Origin: Oopsacas minuta
Taxonomy: Eukaryota > Animalia > Porifera
Direction: 5' to 3'
Assembly: GCA_024704765.1 (NCBI GenBank)
Contig: JAKMXF010000014.1
Coordinates: 35,242-99,241 of the forward strand
DNA: 64,000 bases
Part shown: piece after piece, positions 1-12,830 of the stretch
How the letters are laid out: each line of letters begins with the position of its first letter
How positions within the stretch are numbered: the first letter of the stretch is position 1
Made by a program: the position numbers and the translations under genes
The notes under the pieces: generated by a model
Database searches by the model: none
Seen by the model: only the letters and a program-made list of their open reading frames with translations
Told to the model about the DNA's origin: nothing

Positions 1-36
1 TTAACCACGCAAACTATTCAAAATGTTTTCTTTTAG

Positions 37-3000
37 GAAGCATTGGACAAACAACATGTGATGTATCAGCTAACGGCACATGCTACCTCTTTGTTAAGGA
101 GTCTGCAGATTGGCAAACTTCGGAGGACTATTGTGAGACATGGGGTGGTCACTTGGTTAGTATTCATAATGATGAAGAACTGGATGTAGTTAGTACGCTG
201 ACGAACGGATACTATATTTGGATCGGAATGACAGACAGTGCCACTGAAAGCGTTTGGGAGTGGGTTGACGGTTCCAACAATGCCTATAATCAGTTTACCC
301 GAGATCCTCCCTATGATTACTACGGTAATCAGGACTGTGCAATCATGTATTCTTATAGCTATGATTACTACTACTCATACTACTACTACTATATGCGCTC
401 TTACACGTATTTGTATTGGGATGATTCCTACTGTCATTACACCAGGTATTCTGTATGCAGTCAAGTTGGTGAGTTTTCTTTAATATTAATTAACCCGCTT
501 CGCTTGCTATGCCCCTCCGTGGCGGGAAATTGATGTTTGGTACTCTCGAATTTATCATGGTTCATCCAAAATAATTATTATGAGATGTTGTGTGATATTA
601 GAACTTCTACTTACCATTTAGTTATTGAACTTCGTACTTCATGCCTCAAGTATTGAGAAATTCTCAAAATTTTCAGTGTGTGAATTTTCGTCCAAGACTT
701 GGCTTTTCCGAGCAAGACCCAAAATATCCTTAAATTCCAAAGCCATAAGGGTCTTCAATAAATTCCTAACATATTTACATCCTAATATATTTTCCTGATA
801 ATACAAATATATTTGTTGCTAAGTTCTTTGAAAATAGCCATAAAATCTGAATACGTATATTAAGGATAATATTATATATTCTAATTTCGTTTAGTACCAA
901 TGCCATCTGAACCTCGTAGCCTTGAAGTAGCAAATGCAACCTCAACCAGTTTGACAATTAAATGGGAGGCTCCTCTTGAACATAACGATTCACTAACTCA
1001 GTATTCTGTTAAATATTACGGTCAAGAGCTTGACACTGAAGAGAGGGAGATAGTAATCACACAATCCTTACTTGAGAATCAAGTATTCACGATCTACGAT
1101 CTAGAGGAAGCTAATGAATATACTATATCTGTAGCAGCTTCTACTGCAGGAGGAGCTGGTAGTGCTTTAACCATCATGAATCAAATGACGTTGGAAGATG
1201 GTAAGTATGCTAATACCTTCGAATAATACTCTATAGTGATCTTTGTACAATTTTTCTATTTTCTATATACTTAACCGTTAAACCAAGGTTGATTGATCGA
1301 ACCAAATACTGAACTATTCTGTTGCGAATTGTGTACCTCCTTGCGAAATCGTGGAATTGTCCTTTACAATATTTATAAATTTTATTTGACAATGATTTCG
1401 ACATTAATCTACATCTTTCCTAATTTCTAGTTCCTTCTCTTGCACCTACTATTGAAGGTGCTTATTCATCTGTCGCAACTGAGATAGAGTTAACTTGGAA
1501 TCCACCAGAGCTTGAATATCGTAACGGTATAATAACTCAGTATACTATTAGCTATGAAGGGAGAACAAGAGACACTAATCTTCGTGAAATAACAAGAGAT
1601 GCAACTCTACCAAGAATGCTTACATTGACTAACTTAGAAGAATACAATCAGTATAAGATTGAGATTACAGCTAATACAGCTGTTGGAGCTGGACCTGCTG
1701 CTGCTTCGTTCGTTAGGACAGCTGCTGATGGTGAGTTAGTTTATTTAAAATATGATTAAAATAACAATAAGAAGTATGGGGATAAATAACAATAAGAAGT
1801 ATAGGGATAAATAACAATAAGAAGTATAGGGATAAATAACAATAAGAAGTATAGGGATAAATAACAATAAGAAGTATAGGGATAAATAACAAACAAGCAA
1901 ACATAGCATTTTCACATTTTACTATAATACCTCAAAGAGATATTTTTATATATATAATTATTTCAAATAGCTCCAAGTGCGCCAGTAACAAACCATACAG
2001 TATCACCTCTAACATCAACGGAATTATTCGTGTCATGGAATCCTCCAGCTCTGGAAGACAGAAATGGAGTTCTCAGCTATAAGATTAGCCATAAGGGTCC
2101 CTCGGCTAGCACCTACACGACTATAGGAGTTACTACAATGCTAACATTCAGTGTAACTGGATTAGAGGAAGCATATACTTATGATATACAGGTTACACCT
2201 GTATCTGTTGGATTGGATGGTCCTGAATCTGTAGTCAGTGGTACTACCTTGGAGGATGGTGAGTTTATGTTCATGTTATATAGTAGACTAATAGTGCTGA
2301 CAGCAAGCATCATTTCTAGTCTATGGACTGTTTTTCTAATTAATTCGATAGTATTTATTTGTATCATTACGTCATATATGTATTTCTCTATAGTTCCTCA
2401 TATGTCAGCTCGTAATATAATCCTCTCAAACAGTGCATATAATATGCTAACAGTAACATGGGATCCCCCTAGTAGTGAGAACCAGAATGGTGTTATCATC
2501 GAATACGTCATCATATTCTTTGGGGTGGGATTAGATGAACAAGAACGTATGGCTACTCTATCAACCTCTGTACCCAATTTTGTTACTTCATACACTGCTA
2601 CAAATCTAGAAGCAGATACTTCTTATACATTCTCTATCATCGCTTATACTTCAATAGGATCTGGACCTGCTATGACAGTGACTGGATTTACTACTGATAT
2701 AACTGGTTAGTCAAATCCTGTTATAATCAATTCATATATAACGAAACTGTTTATTAATAATGAAAATGTTAAATTTCTATACTAATAGTAAACATTTATA
2801 ATTACAATCTCCTATATCTAGCTCCCAGCAGTTCTCCCAATGACGTCACAGTAACAGCCACATCTTCCACTAGTCTACATGTCACCTGGTCTGAAGTAGA
2901 TCTGATAGATCGTAACGGTCCTATTTCCAGCTATACAGTATACTACACAGGTCTTAGACTACAACCTGAGACTAAAAGTATAACTGTATTATCTACTGTT

Positions 3001-6000
3001 TATGAGGCTATGATTGAGTCATTGGAAGAGAATAGTGAATACTCTGTTACTGTATCTGCTTCTACATCAGCGGGAGAGGGGCCTAAGAACCAAGCAGTAA
3101 CGGAAACTACATTTTCTGATAGTAAGTTCTTATACTTTTTATTGAAATAAAAGATTAAAATATTCCAACATTTTCAGTGAAAACATCATAGAATTTTTCT
3201 GCTAAAAATTCCTTAACTTAAAATTATTTTTTGACAGATTTATATAATTATCTTCTCCAGTACCTTCTGCTTCTGTATCCAATCTAAACGCAACGGCACA
3301 GAGCGCTGGATCAATCCTAGTAGAATTTGATGAGCTAGCTTATGCTGATAGAAACGGAGACCTAGCTGGTTACCAAATAATGTACTGGAGGAATGCAGAT
3401 GATTCTAGAATACATACTAAACTGGTACAATCAGCTGCAGAGACAGGGCGTGTATCTGTGTTAATTAGAAGTCTCATGCCTTACACTTCTTACAGAATAG
3501 AAGTAGCAGCCACTACTGTTATCGGTACTGGACAAGTATCAATGATACCATCAGTATACACACACGAAGATAGTAAGTTTATAGAATTTATCTTACGCAC
3601 TAACCCTTATCCGAGTTTTACTGTAGTTATAATTTCAATTCTCACGAGAAATTCCAATTTTCATGAGCTGTCACCTGAAGCTATTTTAACTCTCTTTTTA
3701 TAATTACGGATCTTATTGCCTTTATTAATAGTATATAAATTTCAAATTTTGATAAAGAACATTCATAATGAAAATATTCACAAAACTGATGGGAGTATCA
3801 AATATGAAATAACTACAAAACGAATTAATGAATAGCATATTCTCCCAAATTCAATTTGACTTTACCTTTCCTTCTCTCTCTCTCTAGTTCCAATAATTGA
3901 GATTTCTTCTACAACTGGATCTGCTACAGGTCCTCACACAGCTAGCCTATTCTGGAATAAACCTAATTGTGCTAATGAGACTCAAATAGCTAATACCTTA
4001 TACAATATAACCTACCGTTATACCGACCATCTGCAGATAGAACATACAGATTCCATTGTGACGTCAAATAACTTCATGCCAGTCGAAAGTCTATTACCTT
4101 ATACTGAGTATACATTTGATGTTACAACATTCACTGGAGCAGGAGTAGGATCAGTTGGGCCAAGGGAAGTCATCAGGACCAATCCTAAGGGTAAGATTTA
4201 TTTGAAAACTATATTAAGTGTAAATTTCACTAAGATTTTTGTAAGAAAATCCTTGAATTCTTCAAAAGAATTTTCATAGCAGTTCCCAAGATTATTGATA
4301 TTATTATAGGCAACATTTCCTATATATTATATTATACTTTATTCCCTATAGCTCCATCTATGTCAGCTAGCCAGGTTATCCTTGAGGCTATTAACTCTAC
4401 ATCAATCCGTGTAACATGTCATCCTCCAGCCCTCGATCATCAGAATGGCCTCCTACACTCCTATGCTATCTTCTATACAGGAAATTTGTTTGATACAAAT
4501 ATGCGAGAGGTTGTATTCGAATTGTCTGGCGTCACATTTCCCGAGAATAAATCTAGAGAATTCGTAATTACTGACTTGATGGAATATGAAGAGTATTCTA
4601 TTATGGTTAGAGTAAGTACTAGTGCAGGATACAGTCAGTATACTGATGCAGATATGGTCAGGACAGCTGAAGGAGGTTTGTATTATATTATACTAACTGT
4701 TTCCTCGAGTATTGGAAATTTGGAAGACAAAATATTGCAGGAATTTGAAACTTAAAGATTTGAGAAAAACTAAAGAAAATATCTAAATCGAATTTCTGTA
4801 AAATATTTTGAATCAGAAAAATATCATTTTTGAACTTATTTCGCCCTCTGTATGAATTTATCATATGATTAATCATCCTTCTCTCTACAGCTCCCACTGA
4901 AGCCCCCCAGGACGTAATGTCTGCAATTTCCAACTCAACTTGCATACAGATAGAATGGAGTCCTCCTCCAGTCACCTCTCAGAGAGGAGCTATAACCTCT
5001 TATACCATCAAGTACCAGGGAGTAGAACGTGATACATCTGTACAAACTGAAATGGTACCGGTAACTCCCAATTTCCCTGACATGAGTCATCAATCTCATT
5101 TGGTCTGTGATCTGATGGAAGATACTACCTACAAGGTTAATATTTTGTGTGAGAATTCTGCTGGAGCTAGTCGTTACAGTCTGGGTGTTAATTTTAAGAC
5201 AGAAGAAGCAGGTAATAATTGTATAAACACATTCTAACTTTATCATGGACATATAGGGCATCTTTGTATGATGAATAGTTCGAATAATAGCCAATTCGGA
5301 AATCCATGCGGAATACTATTTGCTAATAGGCAAACTCAATAATACTTCTAAATAATGCATACAATTAAAATATTTACACTCCCAAAGTTGTATAATGGTT
5401 TTTCCCGATTTCCTGCAACAAACTTCAAAAATATACTCAGTAGTATTATAATATATTTCTTTTAATAGCTCCAACTGAAGCTCCCTCTAACCTCGCAGTA
5501 ACATCACACACCCCTCAAATATCTACACTCACATGGACAGCTCCAGCTTCTGAACATCAGAACGGAATAATCACCTATTACAATATTCTACTATCAGAAG
5601 GAGGAAACTCTCCTTCCCTTATCATGGCTCCTTCTCTAAGCTTCGATCTTAAACCTCTCAAGGCTCATACTAGTTATACTGTTACTGTAGCAGCTGTGAC
5701 GTCAGCAGGAAGTGGTCCTTTTGCTTCCTTCACCTTCATGACTCCACAAGATGGTGAGTTTCAAAACTTTCATTAATTAGTACGCAAGGTTTGATAATAT
5801 CGATATCGATTAAATTCTGCGATATAAAATACCTGATAAGTTTCGATATTTTTTGGGAATTATTGTCAAAAATTTTCCAAACCTTTTAATACGTTTAATA
5901 ATCCTCTATACTTTATTTATTATTCTATTTCTTACAGTTCCTACTCATGGTGTATCTTCTCTAATGCTAACATCACGTACCGCTACCACACTATCCTTGA

Positions 6001-9000
6001 GCTGGATGGCTCCTCTCCTCTCTCAGAGAAGAGGTGTCCTACTACACTACAAATTGAGTTATTACGGATTCCAGATTGACACCAGCTTACACACAATAAT
6101 AGTAGAATTAGGTGATGTAGATGCTGTAACACAATACACTATTGAAGGATTGGAAGAGGCTACTAACTACACTGTAGAGGTTATGGTTGTTGGACAGATA
6201 GGCGATGGACCAGTTGCAAGACTTACCCACCTATGTACACTACCAATAGGTAATATATTAATTTTATTCGTATGTAATTACGAAATTAGAAGCTGAAATA
6301 TGAAAATACTTACAAACTATAAATTTCTGTATATAATACATTTTCTTGTTTATAGCCCCAACTGGTGCAGTCATTGACCTTGAGCTTGTATCTGTGACGT
6401 CACGTTACTCCATAATCAGCTGGATGCCTCCACTCCCCTCCGAGCATAACGGTCCCCTTGGAGACTACAAAATAACCGTGACCAGCAGCTCCGGGAATGT
6501 GATGTACACATCAACGCAGACCTCATATCGTATTGAAGATTTAATGGAACATACTATGTATACTGTATCTGTTGTTAGTAGTAATATGGAAGGAGATGGA
6601 CCTGAAGCTACCCTATCATTCACTACCCTTAAAAATGGTTAGTTCTTATGCATAACAAGCTTTATTTGACACAATACAGAATATGTAAACAGATAAACAA
6701 ATATTTAAACTAACAAGTAACAACAACAAACAAATAATCAAATACAGAAACGAATAAGTAACTTTGCGACAAATTAACAAAACAAACAAATCAACAAACA
6801 AAAATTACTTTATTGAATACAACAATTAATCAAACTTAGCAAAGATTAATCACCAAATTTCAATATTCCCAATACATTTATAATTCCCAATCATTTAGTA
6901 CCATCTGGTGCTCCTACAAACTTTACTGTATCAAACATCGATACAAACAGTCTACTAGCTCACTGGAGTCCCCCTGCCCCTGAGGATCGTAACGGAGATC
7001 TGACAGAATACCTATTGCTCTATATGGGAGAGATGATGGATACTTCAATGCGTAGTGTACGAATAATGGTAGCAGATGGTGAAGAAGAATTGGATCAGAG
7101 TTATCTACTAGAAGGATTAGAAGAATACACTAGTTATACTCTAGTGCTGTCAGTATTGAATGATAAGGGAGAGAGTCCTGTCGTGAGACTACAGAATGTT
7201 CAAACTCTCCCTATTGGTAAGAATATAACTTTAATAATGATAAAATATTTAGGATATAAGTTTCCGATTTGTTATTTTTCCGAAACTTCCAAAACAACTA
7301 CAAAATCAAACATATTTGGCTATAATTAATTATATTAAGCCATCAATAGCAATTTATGACGTCATACTACATTTCTATAGCTCCATCCAGTGCTGTATCA
7401 GGACTCAAAATCGACACACTCAGCTCTACAGATGCTCTTATCTCATGGACATCTCCTGAAGTTAGTACCATTAACGGAGCTGGTTTCCACTATAAAATCT
7501 ACCTATCAGCTGGTACATTGGATAGAACTAGAAGAGATAGCGAAGGGACTGTGATGACTACAGAAGGACATCATGTTATGCTAAAAGATCTCTCTCCTGC
7601 TACCTCTTACTCTCTGTCTGTAGAACCTAGTAATGATCAAGGAAATGGACCTTCTAGCATGCTGGATATTAATACTATGGAAGATGGTGAGTATTGTTAT
7701 ATGATCTTTATACTGATTGATAATTACCTTAACATTATTATTTACATCTCTCCTCCTATTCAGTTCCATCTGCACCAGTACAAAACGTTACACTAACCAG
7801 TATCACTGCTACCAGTTTGTCTGTTAGCTGGACAGCTCCCCCCGTAGCGGACCAGAACGGAGCTATCCTTCTCTACACAGTACAGGTATCAGCTGTAAAC
7901 TCAGCTTACATACAGTCAGTGACATCACAGGAATTGATCGCAGAAATAACAGGATTACATGCTGATACTCTCTATACTGTTGTGGTTACTCCAGAGACTA
8001 GTATGGGTTCCGGTGTGGATAGTACTCCTATTGAGTTTATTACAATGGAATCTGGTAAGTCTTTTTGGTGATTAATCATATTTCCACACAATTCTATGTA
8101 AAATTCAAAAAAGCCTGCTAGGCATATTTAGCAGATAAATATAACAAAATTTGATAATATTTATATATGATTATTCCTCCAGTGCCTGCTGCTTCCGTAA
8201 ATGACTTCAGTATAATACAACTCAACTCAACAGCTGTTCTAATAACCTGGACACCACTAGCATCTAACATGATGAATGGTGACATCACTCATTATTTTCT
8301 CTCTTACACATCTCATAAATTAGAGTCGACATTCACTCTGACAACAGAACAATTCTTCATATACATCTATACTCTGAATGCTACTGATGGTTATACATTT
8401 AGCTTGACTGCTTATAACAGTATGGGAGCAGGTCCTGAGGTTATTGAGACTATCTCTTATACTCCTAGTAAGTTAAATATTATTCTATTAAAATATTGAT
8501 AGTGATAGTGAAATTAGAAAGTTTCTTAAACAGTCCATCTCTTAATTGTAAGAAAATACAGCTGAACTTGGATAAGTTCTACACTGGCTTAATACATACT
8601 ACTTTCATCCTAACGAATATTTCCATGACCGTACACTAGGATAGAATTCTGAAATATTTTGGAAATACTTTTAGCTATGAAAATGAATGAAAATTATACT
8701 TTTGAGACAAAACTATTATGAGAAATTATCAGAATTAGACTAATAATAGTGTTTAACAGTATCTCCTTTATTCTATAGCTCCTGAACCAGCCTTCCAGTT
8801 CACAGATAAAGAGATGAGCTATACATTCAGTGGTGTACTTATCCTCGTTGTTTTACTGATGCTGATACTCATATTTAGCTGTGCTGTTGTTATTTGCTTC
8901 AAGAAACGTAGCAGCAAGAATATTAAAAGAGCTAATGTTAATCTAGAATTGGAATCTTGTACCAACCCCAGGAGCAGGGGGAATAGTGTTTACTCGGTAA

Positions 9001-9245
9001 TGCAGTCTGTGAGTGTGAAAGAGAAACAAGTACCAACTTATGATAATTTTCGTAAAGAATCTCAAGTCTTAGACACTAAAAGACAATCTCTATTAAAGTC
9101 ACCAGAGCTTATTGAAGGAGCTCCCCCTACCCCTAAGAATAACGATACTATCTATGTACTCCAAGAACAGATGGCAATCTCTGACAAAGAGGCTGAGACC
9201 TACGGGAATCCAATTGTTCTTGAGGAACCTGATAATTCCCCATAG
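37..9245 (+). CDS. 5'-truncated type I membrane receptor: C-type lectin + 16 fibronectin type III domains + TM + ~110 aa cytoplasmic tail (RPTP/usherin-like ectodomain, no phosphatase domain)
   Basis: Manually spliced exons, all AG/GT, all phase 1: 37-468 (CTL), FN3 exons 895-1200, 1431-1730, 1971-2258, 2394-2705, 2822-3121, 3261-3572, 3888-4190, 4352-4675, 4891-5211, 5469-5753, 5938-6249, 6356-6637, 6899-7216, 7381-7686, 7764-8054, 8183-8467, and last exon 8779-9245 (TM GVLILVVLLMLILIFSCAVVICF then KKR). FN3 motifs W.PP...NG.I..Y and L.....Y.V.V.A.T..G.GP recur in each exon. Confidence 0.9.
1761..1891. repeat. Intronic minisatellite, 25-bp unit x5 (ataacaataagaagtatagggataa)
   Basis: Five head-to-tail copies with one substitution in the first, plus a partial sixth; no spacers. 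Confidence 0.95.
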
Positions 9246-9499
9246 AAGCTAACATAAACTAATCTGCTTATTGCAGCGTGTGCTTTGTAATATATTTTCA
9301 TTTTGTAATAATTTCCTATTTTTGCATTAAATTTTTGTGTGGTTGTGTTTTATTATTAAATTTTGACTATAAAATCTTCCAAATTCCGTAAACCGAATAA
9401 TCCCTAACAAAGTTGGGTGCAAATACAAATACTACAAAGACAAGACGATATAATACGAGCGCCAAATTAAACCAAATTATCACATAAATATGAAAATTA

Positions 9500-9637
9500 C
9501 AGTTAACATCCAATAACTCGAACCTCCAAGATTAATATCTGTTCGAAAATCGAATGTTAGAGTAAAAGATGCTATAAGTACTAAAAATACAACGAAAGGA
9601 AGTGAATATATTCGTTCGAGTTACCGGATGTTGACTA
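9500..9637. mobile_element. MITE-like element with imperfect terminal inverted repeats (pogo/Tc1-type ends)
   Basis: cagttaacatccaataactcgaac ... gttcgagttaccggatgttgacta, preceded by TA. Confidence 0.55.
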
Positions 9638-11545
9638 TTATTAAAATGATTTCTATCATGTAATTACATAGAATAGCTATCACAATACAATTAGAAAAAC
9701 CGATTTATCATATTTCAATTGTAACTAATCCTTGTTGCATATCTAATTAATGAAATAAATAGCGAGCTATGAAATCTATTCACTGGTAATATATGAGCCA
9801 AACTAACTTGACTGAGATGGGAACAAGCCTGATTTACCGTAATTCTATACGATAGCGTGTACATAGCAGACGTATGTCATAACAAGCTGTGACCGGCCAC
9901 TGCATTAGGGGGGGGGCTTTCATAGACAAAATAGGGTATATATGTATATAATAGTTGACTCTAATTTATACTCATAGCTGTAGAAGATGATCGGTTGATT
10001 TCTACCTAACCAATAGTCATAGTGTTAATACTGTTGATTCGGGCCAAGCTACATCCTCGTATTATACCTTTGGACATCATAACAGTCCACAGTTAGGAGA
10101 GTTTCATTCCGATGTATCTATATATGCTATGTGTCACGATCTACGCTTGGCTAAATATTTCCTATAATATCAATAGTTCTTGGAATTGATTTAAATTGGA
10201 GAATAAAATGGTAGAAAAGAGAATGCAATTACGATTATCTGAACAGGAGAAAACATATTTAACTAATTTTCTCGAAAGTTGTGGTGAGGTTATGCACATT
10301 TTGTCAATTTCAAAAAAATTCTCATTTTGGTTAATTCTCAAGCAGTGAATGACCCCCCCGTCAAACGTTAATAACTCTTTTTGGGGCTAGGACCCATGCT
10401 TCATTCTAGTCCCGAAATTAGAACTACACACAAGATTAATATTTATAACAATTTATAGCTCTTAAGCAATACTCCTTCTTCAAAAGTAATTATGTGATAT
10501 GTCATAAACTTTAATGTTACGTCTATGGGAAGACATTTCCCCCTTTCTTGTCCTATTCGTAATACACACTAGATACATCGGGTTTTATTATTGTTAGGTC
10601 TTAGTTTGGTTAGTCCAACGAGGAGGGAAACATTAAACTTGTATAAAGTCATATACTTTAGAAAATCACCCATACCATAATACAAATTTCGCGGCAGGAC
10701 GCTGATGTGCTTTACATCAGCATAGAAAGTACAAGATAAAGATATGAAAAGGGCGGGCATTACAGTAATTTCTCAAAATATAGTTTCAATTAAATGATCA
10801 TTTGATAGGGACACTATTCCGGGATATTTGAGGTTTGGTAACTAGATAACAGCAGAGCATTAAAGGAGCCTGCTCCAAAGAGCGGTGCAGAAATTCTACC
10901 ATTTTCACCATTCAGCCAGACCCTTCTTCCACTATTACACCCTCATATAACTAGGTCCGAATGTGCTTAGTCAAATAATATAGTTAAAACTTTCTCAATG
11001 GTTTCAAGTTTCTCTCTGACACGGATTAATCCTATTATGCACAAGAATTGGGAAGAACATTCAAAAAGGGCAGATTTCCAAGAATATATATATATCAACA
11101 CCATCAACTTGCAGTTCTATTACTAAGCGCATTTTAATTGGGTATTCTACTTATTCTAAAATTTATGTCAGATCAAATACAAGATATATGTATATACTGA
11201 AGAATACCCACGAATACATGTAATACCATTTATGGGATGATAGTATGCCATAATCAATCAATATGCACATTTAGCAAATGTGGTGATAAAGTAATATCAT
11301 TTTTCTATGAATCAAGAATCTTTGATCCGTACGTATACGCATGTAGTTACATTAGATGCCGCATATATTTATTCGGTATATGCTAATGTATACTATTCGT
11401 TGTACATGTTTATTCAGCAATCCTGTTTCTTCTATCACTCATTCTTCTAATATCAATGATCGACATATGTATGGTGAAAATATAGACGCGCGAATATAAA
11501 GTATTGTGTTTGTTATCATAATTTGCATCATAAAATGATTAGGAA

Positions 11546-12316
11546 ATGTCTTCACTAAAAAGTTTCCCAATTGAAGATTCAAAGAAGAAAATACGTGACG
11601 AGTTGGATAAGTTAAAAGCTAAAGGATTGACAGAGCCGATCAGGTCACATCTTCATGATGTTGACTGTACTTGGAGATACGGTAGCAAGCCTGATTACAC
11701 AATAGCTGATTATGAGTTTATCACAGGAAAAACTCAAAATCACTCTGAAGGATCACTCGAGAAGATAGTTGAGGATCTGGTGAAGACATGGGAGATGGAA
11801 TCATCACATAAATCTGAAGTTAATGAATGGAAAACAATTGAGCAGGAAGATGGAGTTTATCACCTTTCCGCTAATAATTGGAAAAGTTATGACAAGAAAG
11901 AAGCAATAATAGCTGGAAACTATAACGTGCTAATGCATGGCTGTCCGAAGTCTATTTGGGATACAGAAAGCTACTCCTTTGAAGACTCACATCACCTCAT
12001 TAGAAACTCATTCAAGGCATTTCCATGGGAAGTTCTAAAGGTGCTATCACCACCACCGACTGTAACATTCACTTGGAGACACTGGGGGAAGTTCACAGGC
12101 AATTACAAAGGAAATGAAGGGAAAGGAGAATTATTGGAAATGTTTGGCTTTGCAATAGCTAGAGTCAGTCCTGATTTGAAAATTGAAGACATCAAGATAT
12201 TTTATGACCCAGATTCGTTTATACAAGCTCTTGAGGGTAAAACTGATGCAAAGGAATTGAGCTGTGCTAAGAAACTAATTGGAGATGTTTCATGTCCATT
12301 TATATCCAAATCATAG
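11546..12316 (+). CDS. Homolog of plant pathogen-related protein (barley PRPX type, SnoaL/NTF2-like C-terminus), single exon
   Basis: 256-aa ORF with recognisable motifs WRYGSKPDY, GSLEKIVEDLVKTWEME.SHK, GNYN, PWEVLKVLSPPPTVTFTWRHWGKFTG and FYDP, matching my recollection of the plant family. Confidence 0.75.
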   Translation: MSSLKSFPIEDSKKKIRDELDKLKAKGLTEPIRSHLHDVDCTWRYGSKPDYTIADYEFITGKTQNHSEGSLEKIVEDLVKTWEMESSHKSEVNEWKTIEQEDGVYHLSANNWKSYDKKEAIIAGNYNVLMHGCPKSIWDTESYSFEDSHHLIRNSFKAFPWEVLKVLSPPPTVTFTWRHWGKFTGNYKGNEGKGELLEMFGFAIARVSPDLKIEDIKIFYDPDSFIQALEGKTDAKELSCAKKLIGDVSCPFISKS

Positions 12317-12350
12317 ACACAACTTGAAAGTTTTGGGAACTTAAAACTTT

Positions 12351-12830
12351 ACGAGCCTTGGCTCGTCGCTCGCGATAAACTTGGCGCATTGCGCACTTTT
12401 GGATTAAAAATTTGTAATTTTATTGTTGTTTTTAGGATATGCATACAGGCTTGCTCTAAACGGCTACCCAGGGGTAACAAAGTACGCTGAATCCGGATTT
12501 CACATTATCAAGTTTCTCATATGTAAATTTATTGTTATTTTTATGAATATAAAGTAAACAAGTTTCAAAATTGTGGTAGAAAATGCTTTCAAAGACTATC
12601 CTTGGTTAATCGGATATGCTGAGTCTAAATATGATATTGTAAACAAAATTTTGAGAATATTTGTTTACTTTTAGGTACATAATGTAAACAAATTAAAGAC
12701 TATGGCAGTATCATCTTTGCTACGGTTAAGATTATGAGTTTATGTACTCGAGGGCTGTAGGCCCGAGTGTGGACACGAAATGTTGGCAACCGCGTAGTGG
12801 GAGCAAGCGAAGTGCGCTCGTTAGTTGTAT
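12351..12830. mobile_element. Copy of dispersed non-autonomous repeat family (Helitron/Helentron-like), composite
   Basis: acgagccttggctcgtcgct start shared with 30197 and 62455; 12450-12650 is the reverse complement of 62520-62720; 12740-12825 is the reverse complement of 33058-33150. Confidence 0.55.

Noticed and set aside
1761-1891. 25-bp direct repeats as a CRISPR array
   Set aside because: The units are contiguous with no unique spacers, lie in a spliceosomal intron, and there are no cas genes.
10090-10290. Coding-like stretch (HDLRLAKYFL...; MVEKRMQLRL...)
   Set aside because: Multiple stops and no family I can name; possibly a transposon relic but unsupported.
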